In this document: positions 56,089-63,190 of the stretch, one piece after another
How the letters are laid out: every line of letters begins with the position of its first letter
How positions within the stretch are numbered: the stretch's first letter is position 1
Virus record (IMG/VR): IMGVR_UViG_3300035659_000010
Coordinates: 1 to 63,190 of that record
DNA length: 63,190 nucleotides
Reading direction: 5' to 3' (one strand)
Source of the DNA: a virus
Lineage: Duplodnaviria; Caudoviricetes
Notes under the pieces: generated by a model
Databases searched by the model: none
Told to the model about the DNA's origin: nothing
Seen by the model: only the letters and a program-made list of their open reading frames with translations
Position numbers and translations under genes: made by a program

Positions 56089-57381
56089 ATGTCTCGATAT
56101 GGAACCGTCCTGGGTGGCACCGCGAACGCTCGTTGTTTCGTGGTGCAAGGAGCAGATGCCGACAGCCTGTTTGTGGCTGCCGCAACCGCCTTCGCCGCGG
56201 CTACGGCCATCGTGCCGCCGTTGGTGGATCCGATCATCACGTCCCTCACGCTCACCGGGGCGGGCGACGGGCACATGTTCTTCCTGGAACTGGAGTTCGC
56301 CGCGGCGGCAAACGTGGACGGCGGCGCGGATGTGACCGGTGTACAGTTCCTTTTGTCGTCGACCGCGGAGGATCTGCAGAAGCAGATCGCTGCGCTGCAG
56401 AACGCGACCCCGATCCTCGACGTGCAGATCGCTGGTTCTGCCAAGGGCCAGCGCGTAATGGGGCTCGTGGTCTTCGGGACGCAGCGTCCTCCGCTGGAGT
56501 GCAGCTGCACGGTCGTGTGGAGGCCCGACGGGCTCGGCGACGAGACGACGTTCGATGGCGTGATGAGGCACGTCGCCGCGAACAAGGGGCCGATCACGGT
56601 CTACTGCCCGCAGGTGAGTCCCGGAACCGTCTACGTCATCGAGCCTGGCCCGCCCCCGGCCACGCCGGTCGTGTACGACATGAAGGGCTCGCAGTTCGTT
56701 GCGCCGCGAGGGCCGCACGACGCGATCCCGATCCAGATCCGCCGCGGCGCGACGCTGCTCAACCTGGCGCGCATCGCAGGCGGCTTGCGCCTTCAGGCGA
56801 GTAAGCAGGCGGGAGATCCGCAGGCGCTCACATTCAGCACCGCCGACCCGAGCGTTGCGGTCGTGTTCTTGGTGGACGATGGAGCCGAACTGAAGAACCT
56901 CGGGTCGGCCACCGACGCAGTGCTCACTGTCCCCGGTACGGGGCAGGAGTACTACGTCGTGTTCAACCAGATGGGCACCGCGCAGGCGGACGGTGGCTTC
57001 CCGGCCGTCATCGCGCTCGCTGGCGCGATCCTGAACGTGAACGTGCTGTCGGGCGGGCTCTCGCTCGACACCGTCCAGCCGCCAAACTGGATCGGTAGCG
57101 ACCCGGCCGCGACGGTGAACTGGATCCACGACGGCACGATGGCGTTCCCGCCTGGCTTCTGGACCGGCTACCACCCGAACAACGCAGGCACGAACGTGAA
57201 TCAGCCGACTGGCACCGGTGGCGGCATGGGGCCCACTGCGTTCCGTCCTGTGTTCCAAAGCGGCGGGCCGCCCTCGATGGGCTGCATGTACTTCGACACG
57301 GACCTGGCCGCAGGCGCTGGGATGCCGGTCTGGTACAACGGTGCGGCACCGTGGGTCGACGCGACCGGCACACCGGCCTGA
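56089..57381 (+). CDS. putative spike/receptor-binding protein
   Basis: N-domain shared with 57401; beta-rich body; C-terminal GCMYFDTDL..PVWYNG..WVDATG fibre-like motif. Confidence 0.6.
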   Translation: MSRYGTVLGGTANARCFVVQGADADSLFVAAATAFAAATAIVPPLVDPIITSLTLTGAGDGHMFFLELEFAAAANVDGGADVTGVQFLLSSTAEDLQKQIAALQNATPILDVQIAGSAKGQRVMGLVVFGTQRPPLECSCTVVWRPDGLGDETTFDGVMRHVAANKGPITVYCPQVSPGTVYVIEPGPPPATPVVYDMKGSQFVAPRGPHDAIPIQIRRGATLLNLARIAGGLRLQASKQAGDPQALTFSTADPSVAVVFLVDDGAELKNLGSATDAVLTVPGTGQEYYVVFNQMGTAQADGGFPAVIALAGAILNVNVLSGGLSLDTVQPPNWIGSDPAATVNWIHDGTMAFPPGFWTGYHPNNAGTNVNQPTGTGGGMGPTAFRPVFQSGGPPSMGCMYFDTDLAAGAGMPVWYNGAAPWVDATGTPA

Positions 57382-57400
57382 TCGTTAGGAGACGAAGAGC

Positions 57401-58567
57401 ATGTCAAGGTACGGCACCATCAACGGCGGCACCGCCAACGCGATCACAGCGGTCATCCAGAGCGCCAGCGCCGAGGACATGATCCCGCTCATCATCGCAG
57501 CAGTCGGTCCGCTGCTCGTGGGCGTCGTGGACCCGGTAGCGACGTCCATCACGCTCACGGGTGCCGGCGACGGGCACATGTTCTTCCTCGAACTGGAAGG
57601 CGCTGCCGGGGCGAACGTGGACGGTGGCGCTAACATCACCGGCGCGGAGTTCCTCATCGCGGCGACCGCGGAGGATCTGCAGAAGCAGATCGCTGCGTTG
57701 CAGAGTGGCCAGCCGATCCTGGACGTGCAGATCGCTGGTTCTGCCAAGGGCCAGCGGGTGCTCGGTCTCGTGTTGTTCGGGACGCAGCGGTCATCCAGTG
57801 GAGGGTCCGCGGTGCTGGTGTTCCGTCCCAACGGCGTTCGTTCCGGGAATGTCTACCCGGTATGGTCCGATCTAGTGGCGGCCTGCGCGTCCATGTCCGG
57901 ACTCCGGGTCATCTGGCTCGACAATAGCCTCGGGACTTGTCAGGTCCCGCCTGGGTCATGGGACCTCGGGGAGCATGACGAAGTACAGATCCAGGGAGAT
58001 GGAACGCGGCTCGATCCGACAGGGCTGACGTTCCTGGACGGGGCATCCATCACGGTGGTGTCAGTGTTCCGTGACGTCGCAATCGAGGCGCAAGGTTCGG
58101 CTCCCGCGATGCAGGTCACGAGCCCGAAGCGCAAGATCATCTTTACGGGCACGACCACCGGGGTCACGACCGGCACCCAGCCTTTCATTCGGAACTTCTT
58201 GTCGACGGTCCTGCTGCTCATCTGCGACGAGTACGCGAGCATCAACACGGGAACGGTTGCTTTTTTTGACAACCAGTTGCCCGGAGCGAGCATCACGATG
58301 CAGGGCTTTCAGGGCGGCTTCATCGACGCGAACGTGCTCTCTGGAGTCGCCGGGGCTTCGTACTCCGGCATTCGAGGAAGCTCATCGGTGTTCGTCGCGA
58401 CGGCTCAAGCAGGGGTTCCGGGAGGCGCGATCTCGGTGGGGATCTGGGACATCTCTGACGGCGTGCAATACAGCCCGGCGGTGCTCGCGGACTGGAGCGG
58501 GATCGCTCCGGGCAACGTCCAGAACGCACTCGATCGAATCGCGGCGAAGATCACCCCCATTCCATGA
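57401..58567 (+). CDS. putative spike/receptor-binding protein (paralog)
   Basis: shared N-domain; beta-helix-like body; NVQNALDRI tail. Confidence 0.6.
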   Translation: MSRYGTINGGTANAITAVIQSASAEDMIPLIIAAVGPLLVGVVDPVATSITLTGAGDGHMFFLELEGAAGANVDGGANITGAEFLIAATAEDLQKQIAALQSGQPILDVQIAGSAKGQRVLGLVLFGTQRSSSGGSAVLVFRPNGVRSGNVYPVWSDLVAACASMSGLRVIWLDNSLGTCQVPPGSWDLGEHDEVQIQGDGTRLDPTGLTFLDGASITVVSVFRDVAIEAQGSAPAMQVTSPKRKIIFTGTTTGVTTGTQPFIRNFLSTVLLLICDEYASINTGTVAFFDNQLPGASITMQGFQGGFIDANVLSGVAGASYSGIRGSSSVFVATAQAGVPGGAISVGIWDISDGVQYSPAVLADWSGIAPGNVQNALDRIAAKITPIP

Positions 58568-58872
58568 ACGAGTACGAGCTTCTCCCGCAGACGGTCGAGC
58601 AACGCCAGGTGGCGTTCCTTGCCTTCGCCGGCATCGTCGGCGGGGGCATCCTCGCCTACGAGGCCGGTCGCTCGATCCGTGAAGGGGACCTATTCAAGAC
58701 GGACCCGGTCCCGGAGAACCCACAGGTCGGGGCGGTGGCGCTGATCGGCGGCCTGGGCATGTTCGCCATGATGGTCAAGGAAGCTGTCAAGGAAGTTGGA
58801 TGGAAACCGCTCGTCGCGGGCTCCGTCGGCATCTTCGGCATGGCCGTGGTTCTGCGCGCTGCACGCCGTTGA
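58564..58872 (+). CDS. small multi-TM membrane protein
   Basis: three hydrophobic segments; RR tail. Confidence 0.6.
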   Translation: MNEYELLPQTVEQRQVAFLAFAGIVGGGILAYEAGRSIREGDLFKTDPVPENPQVGAVALIGGLGMFAMMVKEAVKEVGWKPLVAGSVGIFGMAVVLRAARR

Positions 58873-58906
58873 CATGTGCGGCTAGCCGGGCTATCAGTGC
58901 TAGCCA
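58869..58906 (+). promoter_or_regulatory. sigma70-like promoter with GGCTAGC boxes
   Basis: matches 3808-3845 element with identical spacing. Confidence 0.7.
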
Positions 58907-58907
58907 C

Positions 58908-59504
58908 ATGTCCGACCCAGTAAAGGGCGGCTCCTCCATCGGGGCTAGCCCGCTGCAGATCATCGTCAAAGGCGGCACGACTTCCAGCGCGCACGACAAG
59001 GAGCGCGCGAAGCAGAAGGCCATGGCGGACCTTGGGCGGGCGCACCAGGACAAGCAGCAGCTTGCTGCGGACCAGGGCACCCGGATGACGAAGGACGGCT
59101 TTGTCAGTTCTCGACTGACGTCGCTCAAGATGATGGACGGCGGCTCGCCACGCGCGGTCCTGTTCTACCTGAACAAAGACAAGTCGGTCCGGCAGGAGTG
59201 CATCTCCGAGGTCGTGCTGGCGAACGGGGAAGACATGACCTTCACGATGGTCTGTCCGAAGTGCCTGGAGCGCGGAGAGCCGCACGGCTCGGCGCAGATC
59301 ATGGTGAAGAAGTCGCACAGGCGATGGCAACTCGACACGAAGCGTGCGGGCGAGGTCGTGCCGGTGCTCGACCCGTTCCACAATCAGATGATGGGGATCC
59401 GGATCTGCGGGACGATCAATGCGCAGGACGAGATCCTTCGCTGCTCGAACTTCGGCTGTACGTGGGCGGTGAAGATCGCGGACAGCAAAGTCGAGGAAGT
59501 CTGA
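58908..59504 (+). CDS. hypothetical protein with Cys motifs
   Basis: CPKC and CSNFGC. Confidence 0.7.
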   Translation: MSDPVKGGSSIGASPLQIIVKGGTTSSAHDKERAKQKAMADLGRAHQDKQQLAADQGTRMTKDGFVSSRLTSLKMMDGGSPRAVLFYLNKDKSVRQECISEVVLANGEDMTFTMVCPKCLERGEPHGSAQIMVKKSHRRWQLDTKRAGEVVPVLDPFHNQMMGIRICGTINAQDEILRCSNFGCTWAVKIADSKVEEV

Positions 59505-59649
59505 GCGATGGTGTTGTCGCAGCGGCTTCCGGAAGAGACGAAGCAGACCCGCCGAATGGTGGACGCGGTCCGAGAGATTCTGGGGATGGACCCGCTGTAC
59601 TGCAGCGGTGAGCCAGAAGCTCCACAGCACAGGAACAGAAGGAAAACAC

Positions 59650-59946
59650 ATGAAGATCAGGCCGCTCAACAATCTTGTCCAAGTTCGCCGTGACCCTCCG
59701 ACCGACGTGACCAAGGGCGGCATCGTCATCCCCGACTCGGCGAAGGACAAGCTGACGAAGGGCACCGTGGTCGCGGCGGGGCGCGGGAAGATGTCCGCTC
59801 ACGGGCACTTCATCGAGACGACGCTGAAGGTAGGCAGCCGCATCGTCTTCGGCAAGTACAGCGGCTCGGAGGTCGAGAGCCGCGGTGACGAGGACTTGAT
59901 CTTCATGTCCGAGGACGACGTGCTCGGCGTGATCGAGGAGGAGTGA
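59650..59946 (+). CDS. groES: co-chaperonin GroES
   Basis: MKIRPLNNLV, TKGGIVIPDSAKDK, GTVVAAGRG, FGKYSGSEV, EDDVLGVIE. Confidence 0.95.
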   Translation: MKIRPLNNLVQVRRDPPTDVTKGGIVIPDSAKDKLTKGTVVAAGRGKMSAHGHFIETTLKVGSRIVFGKYSGSEVESRGDEDLIFMSEDDVLGVIEEE

Positions 59947-59957
59947 ACTGAGGACAC

Positions 59958-61316
59958 ATGTCGGAACTCACTGAACAGCTAGCTGCCTTCCGCTCCCCAT
60001 CTTCCGTCCTGGACGGCGACGGAGCAGCGCAGGCTCCCACCGATGAAGAGCTTGCCCGCCCCGTTGTGGCCCCCGGCACAGATGCTCTGCTTCCGTGCGG
60101 CATCGAGTTCCAGGCGGGCTGGGACATCCTGGAGGATGGCCTGGCCCGGCACGGGCGCGCTCAGGCAAAGGCCCTGGCGCGCACCGGTCTCCCGGTGATG
60201 CTTCGGCGTCTGCATAGGCCGAAGTTTATGATGGAGGACGACGTGGACCCAGGCGTCCGCGCGAGCGTCGGGTACATGCGCGACACGTCCGTGGGGTCTG
60301 TGGCGGTGGCGATCCGGCAGCTGGTGATCCACGGCTCGACGTTCCTGGAGAACACAGTCGCGCCGGCCGGTGCCCGCATGTCCGGGTTCTCGAACGAGGT
60401 CGGGGTCTACCGATCAACCATCGTCTACACGCCCTGGGAACGCACGACGGTGGCCCCCGCCATCGTGGAGGTCTTGAACCGCTGCGCCGAGACGTGGGTC
60501 CACGGCGAGTGGTGCGTGGACATCTTCGAGCGAGCAGGCGTCGAGCGCGTCTACGCGATCCCGATGCCCTACGATCCGGACACGAGCCTCGCCTGCCAGG
60601 TGTCCGCTCCCCGAGGTTCGGAGACTGTGCCGGAGGGGAAGCGTTTCTACGCCATCGGCAAGTGGGAGCCACGCAAGAACTACGATGCGCTCCTGGGGGC
60701 CTTCCTGCAGGAGTTCAGCCCGAAGGAGCGGGCGTCGCTCTTCATCAAGACGTACGAGTGGGGCTCCTGGGAGAACTACCCGTCCGTGGAGGAGTCCATC
60801 GCGAAGTGGCTCGCCCATCCAGAGGTACAGGCGAAGGGCTGGACGCGGCGGAACTACGGCAAGCGCGTTCGCGTGCTGTCGAAGAAGATCCCGGACGCGA
60901 AGATTGCGCAGCTGCACCGGGACAACAACATCTACGTCACATGCTCGCACGCAGAGGCGTGGGACATCCCGGCGTTCGATGCGCGCTGCGCCGGCAACCG
61001 CATGGTCTACACGGGCTGGGGCGGTCCGGCGGACTTTGCCGGCGACGGAGACAGCGGCGTCTGGACCGGTTTCGTGCCGATGGAGCCCGTGCATCCGGGG
61101 TACGGATGGGAGTCGAACGCGCGCTGGGCGAAGTGCGACGTCCTTTCTCTCCGTTTGTCTTTGCGCGAAGCGCAGCCGCCGCAGCGCCGCATTCACCCAC
61201 CGGAGTTCTACCGAAAGTACGGGTTCGGGGCCGTCGGGGACATGATGGCGAAACGGATCGAGGAGCGGTTCCCGGAGGCGTACGAGAAGCTCGTAGCAGC
61301 GGGAGGATTCGGATGA
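59958..61316 (+). CDS. glycosyltransferase (GT4-like)
   Basis: PWE, FYAIGKWEPRKNYDALL, YVTCSHAEAWDIPAFDA, TGWGG. Confidence 0.85.
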   Translation: MSELTEQLAAFRSPSSVLDGDGAAQAPTDEELARPVVAPGTDALLPCGIEFQAGWDILEDGLARHGRAQAKALARTGLPVMLRRLHRPKFMMEDDVDPGVRASVGYMRDTSVGSVAVAIRQLVIHGSTFLENTVAPAGARMSGFSNEVGVYRSTIVYTPWERTTVAPAIVEVLNRCAETWVHGEWCVDIFERAGVERVYAIPMPYDPDTSLACQVSAPRGSETVPEGKRFYAIGKWEPRKNYDALLGAFLQEFSPKERASLFIKTYEWGSWENYPSVEESIAKWLAHPEVQAKGWTRRNYGKRVRVLSKKIPDAKIAQLHRDNNIYVTCSHAEAWDIPAFDARCAGNRMVYTGWGGPADFAGDGDSGVWTGFVPMEPVHPGYGWESNARWAKCDVLSLRLSLREAQPPQRRIHPPEFYRKYGFGAVGDMMAKRIEERFPEAYEKLVAAGGFG

Positions 61317-61522
61317 ACGACTTCGCAGCCAGAGAAGCACAGCCCGACAGCCGCGACTGGGAACCGCCGGAGGACATGGCGGGTATCTTCAAGTCGATCC
61401 AGCAGGCGCGCAGAGCCATCAACATCGACGGTGACGGGGTCGAATACGCGGTGGAGTACCTGATCGACGCGGTAGAAGCCCTGGCGACGCAGATCGCCGG
61501 AGACAGAGGACGACATGGCTGA
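61313..61522 (+). CDS. hypothetical protein
   Basis: ATGA overlap, GGAGG RBS. Confidence 0.55.
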   Translation: MNDFAAREAQPDSRDWEPPEDMAGIFKSIQQARRAINIDGDGVEYAVEYLIDAVEALATQIAGDRGRHG

Positions 61523-61733
61523 CCCGACCGGACCTGTGTTCAGTGACGCCTTCGCTGAAGCGATGAAGCGCGTCGAGGCCAAGCGACTCATGCCGGAGCC
61601 GGTGAAGCAGAAGCTCCTGCGGCGCAGCGGACTCATGCAGCACGAGATGCCGAACACGAACTTCGCCGTGTTCAACTTCCTGGGATGGATTCACACGCAG
61701 GGCAAGCTCCGCCAGGTGAAGGCACGAGCGTGA
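61515..61733 (+). CDS. hypothetical protein
   Basis: RBS; coupled ORF. Confidence 0.55.
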   Translation: MADPTGPVFSDAFAEAMKRVEAKRLMPEPVKQKLLRRSGLMQHEMPNTNFAVFNFLGWIHTQGKLRQVKARA

Positions 61734-62851
61734 GCGAGCCCCGCGTCCGCATCTACGGTCACTCGCGAGGAGAGCACTCGTTCCCGCAGGTCACTCGGGG
61801 CATGTGCCGGGCGTTGGAAGCGGCTGGCGAGTTCGCGGGCTTTTGCCCCATCGACCGCGACGCGGACGAATGGGAGGAGGCGCTCGGGCCGGACGCCCCG
61901 GTGTCCCTGAACATCGGGGCTCCGATGGGGCTCATGCAGGCGCACCGCATGGGCTCGCACCGCTCACACTGGCTCCTGCTCGCCCCGAACAGCGAGAGTC
62001 TCCCGAAGGGGCTGATGGAGGCGCTGCTGGCTCCGTCCGACGTGCTGCCTCGCGGGCTGCTAACCGGCGGTCTCCTTGCCCCGAGCGCATGGGCTGCTGC
62101 CGTGCTCCGTCGTGCGGCGCCAGCCACCATGCCGGTGGTCGTGGCCCCGCACGGGGTCTCTCCAGAGGTACACAAGATCGACCGGGAGGCGCGCGACGCC
62201 GCGCGGACGTCTTTTCGACTCGGGCAGTTCAACGTGCTGCACATGACGAGCAGTGAGACGGAGCGCAAGGGCACGAAGCTCCTGCTCCGCGCCTGGAAGC
62301 AGGCGAAGTTGGAGGGCTTCCTGCCCAAGAGCGCCAAGCTGTTCGTGGCGATGAACCCACAGCACATGTCCAAGCTCCGCTGGTGGTGCGAGGATCTCAA
62401 CCTGGGCGACGACGACATCCAGGTGTCCCCAGGGCTCGTCTACGACCAGGCCGGAGTCGCAGGCATGTACGGCTCGATGCACGCCGTCTGTCAGCCGTCG
62501 CGAGGGGAAGGCTTCGGCATGGTCCCCCTGGAGGCGCTGGCTTGCGGCGTTCCGATCATCGCTACGGCATGTACCGGCCACGCCGAGTACCTCGGGATCA
62601 GGCCGCCTGGGACCGTCATCGTCGAGCACCACGCGCTCGCCCCGATGGACGACTTCCCTGGTTCGATGGCTCCGATCGTCACGCAGATGGCGATCCGGGA
62701 CGCGCTGGCGTCGGCGTTCGTGGCCTGGGAGTCCCTCGCGGAACGCGCAGAGCAAAACGCAGAGGCCATCGCGTCCGCGTGGTCTTGGGAAAACAAGAAC
62801 GTGCCGGCGATCCGGCGCATGATACAGGAGGCAGAGAAACATGTCCGGTGA
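61730..62851 (+). CDS. glycosyltransferase family 4
   Basis: VVAPHGV, RKGTKLLL, QPSRGEGFGMVPLEALACGVPII. Confidence 0.9.
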   Translation: MSEPRVRIYGHSRGEHSFPQVTRGMCRALEAAGEFAGFCPIDRDADEWEEALGPDAPVSLNIGAPMGLMQAHRMGSHRSHWLLLAPNSESLPKGLMEALLAPSDVLPRGLLTGGLLAPSAWAAAVLRRAAPATMPVVVAPHGVSPEVHKIDREARDAARTSFRLGQFNVLHMTSSETERKGTKLLLRAWKQAKLEGFLPKSAKLFVAMNPQHMSKLRWWCEDLNLGDDDIQVSPGLVYDQAGVAGMYGSMHAVCQPSRGEGFGMVPLEALACGVPIIATACTGHAEYLGIRPPGTVIVEHHALAPMDDFPGSMAPIVTQMAIRDALASAFVAWESLAERAEQNAEAIASAWSWENKNVPAIRRMIQEAEKHVR

Positions 62852-63182
62852 AGCACAAGCAGAGCAGGTAAACGAGAACGTCGGCGAGCGTCCTACGGGG
62901 TGGTTCGCCTTCAACGAGAAGCCGGTGATGATGCAGCTGCGGGAGCCGTACATCGGCTGCACGTATGCCTACCAGGCGACGCAGGACGAGTCGTCCGGCG
63001 GCGTGCGCGCAGTGCCCGTGCTGAGCGGTGTGCTGCATGTGGAGCCGGACGGGTGCGGAGGCGTGATGCTCGTCGTCCAGATGCCGACCGGCCACGGGAG
63101 TGACTTCGCGATGGTCGCGCTCAAGCCTGCCGATGTCGTGTACTGCACGCACATCCATCAGTCGCGGATCGTCACGCAGTAG
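62841..63182 (+). CDS. hypothetical protein
   Basis: AGGAGG RBS; complete 113-aa ORF. Confidence 0.6.
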   Translation: MSGEAQAEQVNENVGERPTGWFAFNEKPVMMQLREPYIGCTYAYQATQDESSGGVRAVPVLSGVLHVEPDGCGGVMLVVQMPTGHGSDFAMVALKPADVVYCTHIHQSRIVTQ

Positions 63183-63190
63183 TCGTGAAG

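Noticed and set aside
56089-58567. Diversity-generating retroelement or shufflon
   Set aside because: Shared DNA is N-terminal, not a C-terminal variable repeat; no reverse transcriptase or invertase in the window.
59508-59693. Small ORF before groES (also 47205-47360)
   Set aside because: No clear RBS or motif; 59508 overlaps groES; not enough support.
1-63190. CRISPR array, tRNA or rRNA
   Set aside because: No repeat-spacer periodicity and no cloverleaf or rRNA signature seen; the repeats found are coding or iteron-like.

Overview
A GC-rich, gene-dense segment of a bacterial virus or provirus; both ends are cut, and no rRNA, tRNA, CRISPR array, integrase, terminase, portal or tail gene was recognised. 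Layout: (1) 1-3.8 kb, a leftward operon of unknown genes; (2) 4-10.4 kb, lambdoid-style recombination and replication (YqaJ exonuclease, RecT, RHH regulator, initiator with internal iterons, DnaC-like loader, DnaB); (3) 10.4-15.6 kb, putative host-modifying enzymes (GNAT-like, ART-PolyVal-like, and a GNAT-kinase-ART fusion); (4) 16.4-23.2 kb, RuvC, ThyX, an Nmad1-like protein, Nudix and small genes; (5) 27.7-58.9 kb, a large putative virion module with a transglutaminase-fold Cys-His-Asp enzyme, roughly 25 signal-peptide-less proteins ending in a TM helix plus basic tail, a very basic core-like protein, three predicted jelly-roll-type capsid proteins flanked by structured RNA, and spike-like paralogs; (6) 58.9-63.2 kb, GroES and two GT4 glycosyltransferases. 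Main hypothesis (inference): a large tailless, internal-membrane virus with a two-signal proteolytic maturation code. A (M/L/I/F)-x-G-[LM]-G motif recurs in the membrane and structural proteins, and a [MFLY]-x-x-N motif punctuates the core protein and sits at domain junctions of the effector proteins. All family calls come from reading motifs by eye; no database search was run.
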